A stretch of 24,000 nucleotides of DNA from Falsarthrobacter nasiphocae (GCF_031456275.1 NZ_JAVDUI010000001.1:1112965-1136964); one strand, 5' to 3'. Shown: positions 16,614 through 24,000, counted from the stretch's first letter. Program-made: numbers and translations. The notes: a model not told the origin generated them from the letters alone.

Positions 16614-17099
16614 ATGTCTCACTTTGAAATCACCCGCATGACAGAGATCGACGCGCCCCTGGACCGAGTCCACGCGCTCGTGAACACGCTCCGCGAATGG
16701 GAGCGCTGGTCCCCGTGGCAGGACGCCGACCCCGACATGCGGCAGGACTACTCCGGCCCCGCGTCCGGCGAGGGCGCGACGATGCACTGGGCCGGCAATG
16801 CCAAGGCCGGCGAGGGCATCATGCGGATCGTCTCCTCCGCGCCGCACCTCATCCAGGTGGGCCTGACCTTCCTCAAGCCCTTCAAGGCGGAGAACACGGT
16901 GGCGTTCACGTTGGAGCCGCTCGGCGCCGGCGAGGGCGCCGGGGCCAACGGCGACGGCACCCGGGTCATGTGGACCATGACGGGGGAGCAGACCTGGTTC
17001 GAGCGCCTCATGTTCCGTGTCATGTCCATGGAGCGGCGCCTCGCGGCAGACTTCGACAAGGGCCTGGCCCGCCTCAAGGCCGAGGCCGAGGCGGGCTGA
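16614..17099 (+). CDS. SRPBCC (START/polyketide cyclase-dehydrase-like) family protein
   Basis: MSHFEITRMTEIDAPLDRVHALVNTLREWERWSPW... and a C-terminal helix RRLAADFDKGLARLKAEAE. The internal ATG 16614 is used rather than the ORF-track start at 16422. Confidence 0.65.
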   Translation: MSHFEITRMTEIDAPLDRVHALVNTLREWERWSPWQDADPDMRQDYSGPASGEGATMHWAGNAKAGEGIMRIVSSAPHLIQVGLTFLKPFKAENTVAFTLEPLGAGEGAGANGDGTRVMWTMTGEQTWFERLMFRVMSMERRLAADFDKGLARLKAEAEAG

Positions 17100-17128
17100 G
17101 GCCCGTCGTCGTGCCTCAGCCGACGGGC
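17095..17128. terminator. Overlapping GC hairpins at the convergent SRPBCC / ocd gene ends
   Basis: GCTGAGGC (17095-17102) pairs with GCCTCAGC (17113-17120). Alternatively GCCCGTCG (17101-17108) pairs with CGACGGGC (17121-17128). Both options overlap the two stop codons. Confidence 0.35.
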
Positions 17129-18144
17129 TTGAGGGCGTTGACGAGCGAGTAGAGGTCCTTCGGGTCCTCCGGCTCGGCCACGAGCTCGATGAACTGCTGG
17201 AGGTCCGTGTCCTTGGTCCAGTCCCGCAGGCAGCGGAGCGCGGAGAAGTCGGAGATCGCGAAGCCCACGGAGTCGAAGAGCGTGACCTCCTCGGCGGACG
17301 TGCGGCCCGCGGCCTCGCCGGTGAGGACCTTCCAGAACTCGACGACGGGGAAGTCCGGCTCGACCTGCTGGATCTCGCCCTCGATGCGCGTCTGCTCCGG
17401 GTACTCGACGAAGACGGTGGAGCGACGCACTATGGCCTCCGCGAGCTCCGTCTTCCCCGGGCAGTCTCCTCCGACGGCGTTGAGGTGCACGCCGGGCGCG
17501 ACGTGACGGTCCTCGAGGATCGTGTTCTGGGCCTTGTCCGCCGTGCACGTGGTGATGATGTCCGCGCCCTCGACCGCATCCTCCACGGAGCTGGACATGT
17601 GGACGGTGAAGCCGAGCGGCTCGAGGTTGCGGCGGGTCTTCTCCATGGCGTCGGCGTCGATGTCGAAGATCCGCAGCGTCTCGATGCCCAGGACGGAGCG
17701 GAAGCCGAGCGCCTGGAACTCGGACTGCGAGCCGGCGCCGATCATGGCCATGACCCGTGACTCGGGGCGGGCGAGCTTGCGGCCCACCATCGCGGAGACC
17801 GCCGCCGTCCGCAGGGCGGTCAGGAGCGTCATCTCCGCGAGGAAGGTCGGGTAGCCGTTGTCCACATCCGCGAGGACGCCGAAGGCGGTGACAGTCTGGA
17901 AGCCCCGGGCCGGGTTGAACGGGTGGCCGTTGACGTACTTGAAGGAGTACTCCTGCCCGTCGGAGGTCGGCATGAGCTCGATGACCCCGAACGGCGTGTG
18001 GCTGGCGATCCTCGGGATCTTGTCGAAGGACTGCCAGCGCGAGAAGTCCTTCTCCAGGTACTCGACCATGCGGCCGATGATCCGCTCCACGCCTTCGCGC
18101 TGGATCCATTTCGACATGTTCGTGACGTCAACGAACTGCGTCAC
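17116..18144 (-). CDS. ocd: Ornithine cyclodeaminase (mu-crystallin family)
   Basis: GTG 18144 has AAGGAGGA 5 nt upstream. The sequence MPTSDGQEYSFKYVNGHPFNP...TALRTAAVSAM...MIGAGSQSEFQ (Rossmann fold)...HLNAVGGDCPGKTE and the ~342 aa size match the family. Confidence 0.85.
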   Translation of the reverse strand: MTQFVDVTNMSKWIQREGVERIIGRMVEYLEKDFSRWQSFDKIPRIASHTPFGVIELMPTSDGQEYSFKYVNGHPFNPARGFQTVTAFGVLADVDNGYPTFLAEMTLLTALRTAAVSAMVGRKLARPESRVMAMIGAGSQSEFQALGFRSVLGIETLRIFDIDADAMEKTRRNLEPLGFTVHMSSSVEDAVEGADIITTCTADKAQNTILEDRHVAPGVHLNAVGGDCPGKTELAEAIVRRSTVFVEYPEQTRIEGEIQQVEPDFPVVEFWKVLTGEAAGRTSAEEVTLFDSVGFAISDFSALRCLRDWTKDTDLQQFIELVAEPEDPKDLYSLVNALKPVG

Positions 18145-18281
18145 CGTATCCTCCTTGATTCAGTGGGTCCCGCGGCGAGTCTGCGGCGCCGCGGACGTCT
18201 CTTTCAGGGTATCGGGCACCCCCGGGGCGGCCCATGAGGCGCAAGACCGGTCCACCCGACTCGCCGCCCCCGGCGCATGAG

Positions 18282-19814
18282 TCAGTGGCTGCCTGCGGCG
18301 TGTGAGCCCGTCCCCGAGGGTCCCCCGCGCCCGGCCCGGGAGATCTCCGCGAGGGAGACGGCGCCGGTGAAGCCCTCGCGGGCCGCGGCGATCTCACGCA
18401 CGCGCGTCCGCACCATGAACCAGCCGCCGACGAGGATGGGCACGAGCAGGGCCATCGAGGCGAGCGTGTACGTTCCGACCGGGTAGTCGAACGCCATGAG
18501 GACAACGACGACCACGAGGAACGCGATGACGAGCCAGTCCAGGTACGGGCTCAGCGGCAGCCGGTAGGACGGCCAGCGGTAGAGACCCTTGCTCGCCTGG
18601 GAGACGAAGCGCGCGTGGGCCAGGGCGATCGACGCCCAGGCGGCCATCGTCCCGAGCGCCGCGATGTTGAGGACGATCTCGAACGCCTCCTCCGGGACGA
18701 TGAAGTTCAGGCCGACGCCGACAAGGCCGACAGCGGCCGTGAGCCAGATGCCGCCGCTCGGCACGCCGCGCTTGTTGACGGTGCCCGCGAACTTCGGCGC
18801 GGAGCCGTTGACGGCCATCGAGTGGAGAATGCGGCCCGTGGAGTACATGCCGGCGTTGAGGGAGGACAGCGCGGCCGTGATGACGACGAGCTGCATGATG
18901 GGACCCGTGTACCCGACGCCGATGGACTCGAAGAACGTCACGAACGGCGACTCCTTGTCCGAGTACGACGAGTGCGGCAGGAGCAGGCACAGGAGCAGGA
19001 CAGAGCCGACATAGAAGACGGCGATGCGGAAGATCACCGTGCGAATGGCACGCGGAACCACCTTCTCGGCGTTCTTGGTCTCCCCCGCCGTGGTTCCCAC
19101 GAGCTCGATGCCCGCGTAGGCGAAGACGACGCCCTGGACCGCGATGAGCGCTGGCAGGACGCCGTTGGGGATGACTCCCCCGTTGTCCGTGATGAGGTGG
19201 AGGCCCGTGGGCTGGCCAGTCGGGGTGCCGAAGATGACGAAGCAGACGCCCACGATGAGGAACGTCACGAGCGCGCCGACCTTGATGAGGGCGAACCAGA
19301 ACTCGAGCTCGCCGAAGAGCTTGACGGAGACGAGGTTCATGACGAGAACGAGCACAACCACGATGAGCGCCGTCAGGCCCTGCGGGATGCCGGCGATGAA
19401 CTCGCTGTACTGGCCGAACCACGCCACGTAAATTGCGATGGCCGTCGCATCCGCCACCGCCGTCATGGCCCAGTTGAGCCAGTAGAGCCAGCCCGCCGCG
19501 TAGGCTGAGCGCTCCCCGTAGAACTCGCGCGTGTAGGAGACGAAGGAGCCGGAGGTCGGCCGGTAGCAGACGAGCTCCCCCAGGGCGCGGAGGATGAGGT
19601 AGCCGAAGAAGCCGCAGACGGCGTATACGATGGCCAGGGCGGGGCCCGCGTCATGCAAGCGGCCTCCCGCTCCGAGGAAGAGGCCGGTTCCAATGGCGGA
19701 GCCGATGGCAATCATCTGGATCTGACGCGGGCCGAGGTCCTTGGGGAGGCGGGCGTCGTCGTCCAGAGGCCGAACCGGGGGCGTCTGTGTGCTGGGTGCT
19801 GAATTCATCGTCAT
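18282..19814 (-). CDS. Amino acid permease (APC superfamily, AAT family)
   Basis: The sequence shows GPRQIQMIAIGSAIGTGLFLGAGGRL and about 12 TM segments. ATG 19814 (MTMNS) has GAAAG upstream and is preferred over the ORF-track start at 19880. Substrate cannot be assigned from sequence. Confidence 0.8.
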   Translation of the reverse strand: MTMNSAPSTQTPPVRPLDDDARLPKDLGPRQIQMIAIGSAIGTGLFLGAGGRLHDAGPALAIVYAVCGFFGYLILRALGELVCYRPTSGSFVSYTREFYGERSAYAAGWLYWLNWAMTAVADATAIAIYVAWFGQYSEFIAGIPQGLTALIVVVLVLVMNLVSVKLFGELEFWFALIKVGALVTFLIVGVCFVIFGTPTGQPTGLHLITDNGGVIPNGVLPALIAVQGVVFAYAGIELVGTTAGETKNAEKVVPRAIRTVIFRIAVFYVGSVLLLCLLLPHSSYSDKESPFVTFFESIGVGYTGPIMQLVVITAALSSLNAGMYSTGRILHSMAVNGSAPKFAGTVNKRGVPSGGIWLTAAVGLVGVGLNFIVPEEAFEIVLNIAALGTMAAWASIALAHARFVSQASKGLYRWPSYRLPLSPYLDWLVIAFLVVVVVLMAFDYPVGTYTLASMALLVPILVGGWFMVRTRVREIAAAREGFTGAVSLAEISRAGRGGPSGTGSHAAGSH

Positions 19815-19942
19815 TGAGCTTTCAGTCAGGCGACGTGCCGACCCCATGGGCGCCGGCACCCAAACGATGTGATCCACCATACAGTACGTTCGTCATGATT
19901 CCGGGGATGGGCCGCGCCGCCACCCCCCCCGCCCTCCGGGGA

Positions 19943-20323
19943 GGTGTGCACAGAAGTTATCCACAGGTGTGGAGAAATCTTCGAGCGCCGGTTGAAGCCG
20001 CCCTCCGCATGGGCCGTTTCCACAGGAATGACAAGGATGGAATGACACCGATGTCAGATACCCACACTGTTGACAACCTCTGTGGACAACGCGGAACAGC
20101 CTTGATTTTCCGCCGCAGAGCCCTGCCTGCAGCCCCTGAGCAGCGATCGTGAGCCATCCTCCGCCCCCACCATTCACCACCCTGTGCACATAGTTATCCA
20201 CAGGATGTGGAGAACCTGCGCGAATCCTCTCTTCGGCGCCCTACTTCCCCGCGCTTTCCGCCTTCTCACGCGCACAGGCGGCCTCCCTCTGGGAAGCCGC
20301 CTGTGGACATCGGGTGTGGAGGG
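19943..20323. promoter_or_regulatory. DnaA-box cluster 2, including a twice-repeated ~36 bp module
   Basis: Three sites are perfect: TTATCCACA at 19957-19965 and 20194-20202, and TGTGGACAA at 20081-20089. Four match 8/9: 19968-19976, 20068-20076, 20206-20214 and 20302-20310. Two match 7/9: 20016-20024 and 20315-20323. The module TGTGCACA-N3/4-GTTATCCACAGG-N0/1-TGTGGAGAA occurs at 19945-19976 and 20183-20214. Confidence 0.55.
20276..20302 (-). terminator. Candidate stem-loop downstream of the rhomboid gene
   Basis: AGGCGGCCTCCC - TCT - GGGAAGCCGCCT forms a 12-bp stem with one wobble pair. It lies 54 nt after the stop at 20356. There is no U-tract. Confidence 0.3.
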
Positions 20324-20355
20324 CCAGTGGACGGCCCCGATGAGAGGGTGAAGAT

Positions 20356-20982
20356 CTAGGCGATCCGCTCTCGCTTGAGACGGGGGCCGAGGACGAGCAG
20401 CCCCCAGAGAAGTCCCCCGATGAACCCGCCGAGATGCCCCTGCCAGGAGATGTTGGAGACGAGCAGCGGCATGAGTGCGTTGACGCCCAGGAGGACGAGA
20501 GTGCCACCGACGGGCATGCGCAAGCTTCGCTGCACGGCGAGGACGGCCCCGATGAGACCGAAGATCGCCCCCGAGAATCCGATCGTGTACGTGCCCGGGG
20601 CCTCGAGCAGGAGCACGCTCGTGCTCGCGGAGAGGATGCTCACGGTGAGCAGCCCGGCCATCCGGCCGGCCCCGATGAGCGGCTCGAGCATCCGCCCGAA
20701 GATCCACAGGGAGACGAGGTTGGTGCCGATGTGGGCGAACGAGTCTGGGTCGTGCAAGAACGCGTTGGTGACAACTGTCAGCGGCTCCTGAGCCACATAC
20801 CCTGGCTTGAGGGCCCAGTCGTAGGCCAGCGCTGGCCGCACCAGTTCAGCTAAGTAAGCAAGTAGGCATATAACTTCTGCCGCATATGTAACAGGTGTGG
20901 AGACACGTGCGGCCCGCGCAGAGGACTGCGCGGGCCGCACGTGAATCCCAGAGTCTCCCGAAGGAGTCTGGTGCTCGCTCAT
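20356..20982 (-). CDS. Rhomboid family intramembrane serine protease
   Basis: Six predicted TM helices carry the catalytic signatures HIGTN (TM2), GFSGAIFG (TM4) and GHLGGF (TM6). ATG 20982 lies 5 nt after the ppiA stop. The alternative GTG 20940 sits inside the 17-bp palindrome. Confidence 0.8.
   Translation of the reverse strand: MSEHQTPSGDSGIHVRPAQSSARAARVSTPVTYAAEVICLLAYLAELVRPALAYDWALKPGYVAQEPLTVVTNAFLHDPDSFAHIGTNLVSLWIFGRMLEPLIGAGRMAGLLTVSILSASTSVLLLEAPGTYTIGFSGAIFGLIGAVLAVQRSLRMPVGGTLVLLGVNALMPLLVSNISWQGHLGGFIGGLLWGLLVLGPRLKRERIA
20905..20942. other. Perfect 17-bp inverted repeat with a 4-nt loop inside the 5' end of the rhomboid ORF
   Basis: ACGTGCGGCCCGCGCAG - AGGA - CTGCGCGGGCCGCACGT has no mismatch. 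It lies 46 nt downstream of the ppiA stop and is followed on the minus strand by an unusually AT-rich stretch (20850-20900). Confidence 0.8.
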
Positions 20983-20987
20983 GGGGG

Positions 20988-21515
20988 CTAAGCGACCTCG
21001 ATGGACTCGATGACGACGTCCTCGACAGGGCGGTCGTTGCGGCCGGTCTTGACCGCGTTGAGCTCGTCGACGACCTTCTTGGAGGCCTCGTCCGCAACGG
21101 CGCCGAAGATCGTGTGGCGGCCGTTGAGCCACGGCGTCTGCGCCGTCGTGATGAAGAACTGCGAGCCGTTGGTGCCGGGGCCCGCGTTCGCCATGGCGAG
21201 GAGGTAGGGGCCGGTGAACTGGAGCTCAGGGTGGATCTCGTCCTCGAACTGGTAGCCCGGTCCCCCGAAGCCCTGGCCCAGGGGATCGCCGCCCTGAATC
21301 ATGAAGTCCTTGATGATGCGGTGGAAGATCGTGCCGTCGTAGAGCGGCTTGCCGTTGTTCTTCTCTCCGGTCTGCGGGTGCGTCCACTCCTGCGAGCCGT
21401 TCGCGAGCCCCACGAAGTTCTTGACCGTCTTCGGGGCGTGGTTGCCGAAGAGATCGACGACGATGTCGCCGTGGTTGGTCTTGATCGTGGCCTGATTCGT
21501 TGCGATTGCATTCAT
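20988..21515 (-). CDS. ppiA: Cyclophilin-type peptidyl-prolyl cis-trans isomerase
   Basis: TNHGDIVVDLFGNHAPKTVKNFVGLA...YDGTIFHRIIKDFMIQGGDP...LLAMANAGPGTNGSQFFITT...LNGRHTIFG. ATG 21515 (MNAIAT) is used rather than the ORF-track start at 21650. Confidence 0.9.
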   Translation of the reverse strand: MNAIATNQATIKTNHGDIVVDLFGNHAPKTVKNFVGLANGSQEWTHPQTGEKNNGKPLYDGTIFHRIIKDFMIQGGDPLGQGFGGPGYQFEDEIHPELQFTGPYLLAMANAGPGTNGSQFFITTAQTPWLNGRHTIFGAVADEASKKVVDELNAVKTGRNDRPVEDVVIESIEVA

Positions 21516-21669
21516 AGGGACATCTTCGCATCCTTCTGCCCCTCTCCCCGAGGGTTCGACACGAGCGAACAGGAAGCGCCTCTCCCCCAGCGCGCCATAC
21601 ACCATTCCAAGCGAACGTCTAGACCGAGCAACTAGGCTGAGAGCACACATCGCTGACTAAGGAGTTCCC

Positions 21670-22443
21670 ATGATCAAGAAGAAGAAGGTCCAGCCGGCGA
21701 CGCTCGCCGAAGCCATCCAGAAGCAGTACGAGGACTACGCGCCTGCCGTTCAGGAGCGCATCCAGGACACGATCGACAAGGTCACCCCCGTTCTCCAGGA
21801 CAAGCTCTCTGAGGCGCAGCCGAAGCTGCAGCACTTCGTCGAAGAGCTCGAGTCCCGTGGCCAGGACCTCCTTGAGCGTGCGGAGCACTCCCTGAACAAG
21901 GCTCAGAGCTCGGCTGAGGACGCGGCGAAGGACGCCAAGAAGAACGCCTCGTCCCTCGCGGACGACGCCCGGGCCAAGGCCCAGGACGCCAAGAAGACGG
22001 CCGGCAAGCGCGCCGAGCAGGCCCGCCTCAAGGCCCAGACCGAGGGCCTCGCCCCCGCCCAGGCCAAGGGCGCCCAGGCAGCCGACAAGGCTGCGGCCGC
22101 TCTCGCCGCCGTGACCATCCCCGCGGGCCTCGAGAAGGCCTCCAAGAAGGTCTCCGGCCGCTCCCTCAAGAAGGTCCAGAAGCAGGCGGCTGAGGCCGCG
22201 AAGCAGGCTGCGAAGGACGCGCGCAAGGCCTCCAAGCAGAACGCCAACGCCGGCAAGGGCAAGGGCGGCCTGGTCTTCGGCATGATCGTGACCGCGGCGG
22301 TTGCGGGCGTTGCCATCTGGAAGGCCATCCAGCCCATCGAGGACCCGTGGAAGCGCGCCACGACCATCGAGCCGAAGCCCACTGAGGCGGAGAAGGCTGC
22401 AGACGAGGCTCGCCAGACGGCCCGCCGCGCCGCCGGCGCCTAA
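21670..22443 (+). CDS. Hypothetical tail-anchored protein: Lys/Ala/Gln/Glu-rich helical (apolipoprotein-like) region plus one C-terminal TM helix
   Basis: AAGGAG lies 6 nt upstream of ATG 21670. About 195 aa of low-complexity amphipathic sequence are followed by GLVFGMIVTAAVAGVAIWKAI and a short charged tail. No family was recognised. Confidence 0.6.
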   Translation: MIKKKKVQPATLAEAIQKQYEDYAPAVQERIQDTIDKVTPVLQDKLSEAQPKLQHFVEELESRGQDLLERAEHSLNKAQSSAEDAAKDAKKNASSLADDARAKAQDAKKTAGKRAEQARLKAQTEGLAPAQAKGAQAADKAAAALAAVTIPAGLEKASKKVSGRSLKKVQKQAAEAAKQAAKDARKASKQNANAGKGKGGLVFGMIVTAAVAGVAIWKAIQPIEDPWKRATTIEPKPTEAEKAADEARQTARRAAGA

Positions 22444-22504
22444 GCAGGCCGCCCGGGACGCCGCTAGGCGAGCGTCGTCGAGCACTCCTGCCCCAGGCTG
22501 ACAC

Positions 22505-22546
22505 GAAGGACCCCGGACCCTCCACAGGGAGGTGCCGGGGTCCTTC
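22505..22546 (+). terminator. Strong stem-loop after the coiled-coil protein gene
   Basis: GAAGGACCCCGG (22505-22516) pairs perfectly with CCGGGGTCCTTC (22535-22546). An inner stem CCCTCC-ACA-GGGAGG lies within it. TTCTG follows. Confidence 0.7.
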
Positions 22547-22595
22547 TGCGCTGCGGACGGCAGGCGCCGGGCACAGGCGCTCCCATGGCCGACCA

Positions 22596-22612
22596 ATACC
22601 CCATGGGGGTAT
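22596..22612. promoter_or_regulatory. CsoR/RicR-type operator-like palindrome ATACCCC-ATG-GGGGTAT
   Basis: The 7-bp arms are perfect and fit TACCC-N5-GGGTA. The palindrome overlaps a TATGAT -10-like hexamer (22610-22615) and lies 85 nt upstream of the DUF1541 lipoprotein start. Confidence 0.5.
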
Positions 22613-22696
22613 GATGGGCGCGGCATGTCAGGGCAGGCGCGTGGCTGTCAGCGCCTGCGCGTCAAGTGGGCCCCGGCCCCGAAGATTGGAGTATTC

Positions 22697-23341
22697 ATGC
22701 GCAACGCACGTGCGACATCCTGGGCCGCGGCGGTCGTGGGAGGAGCACTTGTCCTCGCCGGGTGTGGATCCGCCTCGGATCACGGACCGAATCACGCGGC
22801 GCCCTCGGCCAGCGCCTCGCACAGCCACCCGGGCTCCGGATCGGCCTCGCCATCGGCCTCGGCCTCGTCCTCGGAACAGGCCAGCGGACACTCCGGCAGC
22901 GGACACATGCACCACGCCGCAGACGGCGGGCCGGCGCCCGCAGGCATGAAGAAGGCCGAGAAGCCGACATACGCGGTGGGCTCCAGCGTGACCCTCACCG
23001 CGGACCACATGGAGGGCATGAAGGGCGCCAAAGCGAAGATCGTGGGCGCATACAAGACCACCGTCTACGCCGTGGACTACACGCCCACCGACGGCGGGGC
23101 TGTCGTCAAAGACCACCGCTGGGTGGTGCACGAAGAGCTCAAGGACCCCGGCGCCAAGCCGCTCGGAGACGGCAGCGCCATCACCATCCTCGCCGACCAC
23201 ATGCCCGGCATGAAGGGCGCCAAGGGGAACGTCGCGAGCTCGACGAGCCAGACGGTCTACATGGTGAACTACGAGGCGGGCGGCATGACGATGAAGAACC
23301 ACAAGTGGGTCGTCGAGGACGAGATCAAACCGGCCAAATAG
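22697..23341 (+). CDS. YdhK/DUF1541-family lipoprotein with two DUF1541 repeats and a His/Ser-rich N-terminal region
   Basis: GGAG lies 5 nt upstream of ATG 22697. The lipobox is ALVLAGC. The His-rich segment is SASHSHPGSGS...GHSGSGHMHHAADGG. The two repeats read LTADHMEGMKGAKAKIVGAYKTTVYAVDY...DHRWVVHEEL and ILADHMPGMKGAKGNVASSTSQTVYMVNY...NHKWVVEDEI. Confidence 0.8.
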   Translation: MRNARATSWAAAVVGGALVLAGCGSASDHGPNHAAPSASASHSHPGSGSASPSASASSSEQASGHSGSGHMHHAADGGPAPAGMKKAEKPTYAVGSSVTLTADHMEGMKGAKAKIVGAYKTTVYAVDYTPTDGGAVVKDHRWVVHEELKDPGAKPLGDGSAITILADHMPGMKGAKGNVASSTSQTVYMVNYEAGGMTMKNHKWVVEDEIKPAK

Positions 23342-23446
23342 GGCTCGGGGAGGCACCACCCATGAACGAGGACGGGCGCAGGACCAGGGCTCGTGAGCCC
23401 CGATGCCTGCGCCCGGTGTCACCGCACGGATGGAAGCGGTGAAGAG

Positions 23447-23971
23447 CTAGACCCCGCGCACGTGGGGGGCGTCAAACCGGCGGCCCTCCGGGTTCGAGGG
23501 GAGCAGCATGAAGACGAGCAGGATGATGCCGCCGACGCCCGGGATCAGGCCGAGGAGGAACAGCCAGCCGCTGAAGCCCCCGTCATGGAAGCGACGCACA
23601 GTGAGCGCGATGTTCGGAATGAGCGTGGCCAGCCAGAAGATGAACGCGACGATCATGAGGATCGACCCCAGCGCGTTGGGGACCATCTCTGCGTTGGCCC
23701 CCGCGCCCGTAGACGTCGTGTACGTCTGAGCCTCCTGGACCTCCATGCCCGCAGTGGCGAAAATCGTGCCGAGGAGCGCGGCCACAAGGAAGCTGAAGAG
23801 CGCCACCCACCAGTACTCGCTGCGGCTCGAGCGGCCGTGGAAGCGGGCGTAGCGCTTGAAGTAGCGCGCTACGGCTTCACCGAACGATGCACCGTAGAGA
23901 GGACGGTCGAGGTCGGCGGGGTTCTTGACGCCGGGCTGGGCGGCAGCGGGGAATGCAGTGGGATTCGTCAT
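23447..23971 (-). CDS. DUF805 family inner-membrane protein
   Basis: GRSSRSEYWWVALF...LTVRRFHDGGFSGWLFLLGLIPGVGGIILLVFMLLPSNPEGRRF is the DUF805 signature. The start is ATG 23971 or GTG 23989. Confidence 0.75.
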   Translation of the reverse strand: MTNPTAFPAAAQPGVKNPADLDRPLYGASFGEAVARYFKRYARFHGRSSRSEYWWVALFSFLVAALLGTIFATAGMEVQEAQTYTTSTGAGANAEMVPNALGSILMIVAFIFWLATLIPNIALTVRRFHDGGFSGWLFLLGLIPGVGGIILLVFMLLPSNPEGRRFDAPHVRGV

Positions 23972-24000
23972 GACACCCAGCTTAGTCACAGGTTGGCTCT

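Noticed and set aside
18170-18197. An 8-bp GC hairpin (CCGCGGCG...CGCCGCGG) between the permease and ocd as a terminator
   Set aside because: There is no U-tract on the transcribed strand, and the strong RBS-coupled ocd gene immediately downstream makes co-transcription equally likely. The evidence is insufficient to call it.
19787-20152. Small ORFs inside the 475-bp non-coding gap: 19787-20152 (+), 19826-20023 (-), 19893-20201 (-), 19957-20157 (-)
   Set aside because: None has an RBS or a recognisable motif. The frames overlap each other, and the composition is set by the DnaA-box repeats. Most likely they are non-coding.
19881-20355. The chromosomal origin oriC itself
   Set aside because: Box density here is origin-like. 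However, there is no flanking dnaA or dnaN gene, no clear AT-rich unwinding element, and a second similar cluster lies 10 kb away. A secondary DnaA-binding locus is the more conservative reading. The full genome context is required to settle this.

Overview
This is a high-GC (roughly two-thirds G+C by eye) actinobacterial chromosomal segment. It carries a conserved neighbourhood that in other Actinobacteria lies near the replication origin: the 3' end of a PASTA kinase (pknB-type), a kinase-less PASTA protein, crgA, and further on ppiA and a rhomboid protease.

Between these lie ordinary housekeeping and accessory genes:
- 5-oxoprolinase pxpA plus a fused pxpB/C
- an AlbA_2 (Schlafen-like)/HATPase_c_4/wHTH protein
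- a COG3573-type FAD dehydrogenase
- an NhaP-type Na+/H+ antiporter ending in a UBP-type zinc finger
- an Rpf-LysM muralytic factor
- two tandem FemAB-family paralogs
- a DUF3817 protein, a DHA2 MFS exporter, and ABM and SRPBCC small proteins
- ornithine cyclodeaminase with an amino-acid permease
- a tail-anchored coiled-coil protein, a His-rich DUF1541/YdhK lipoprotein and a DUF805 protein

I saw no rRNA, tRNA, CRISPR array, transposase or integrase, and no clear multi-gene novel system. The most interesting signals are non-coding:
1. A family of imperfect-palindromic intergenic repeats (three copies, one extended by a 3 x 29 bp tandem array) brackets two single-gene units.
2. Two dense clusters of perfect DnaA-box 9-mers lie away from any dnaA/dnaN gene. 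They include a twice-repeated ~36 bp module.
3. A perfect CsoR/RicR-type palindrome sits in front of the His-rich lipoprotein gene.
4. A perfect 17-bp inverted repeat sits between the ppiA stop and the first TM helix of the rhomboid.
5. An OmpR/MtrA-like direct repeat and a long structured leader precede rpf.

All functional calls rest on motifs recognised by eye in the supplied translations. No database search was run.
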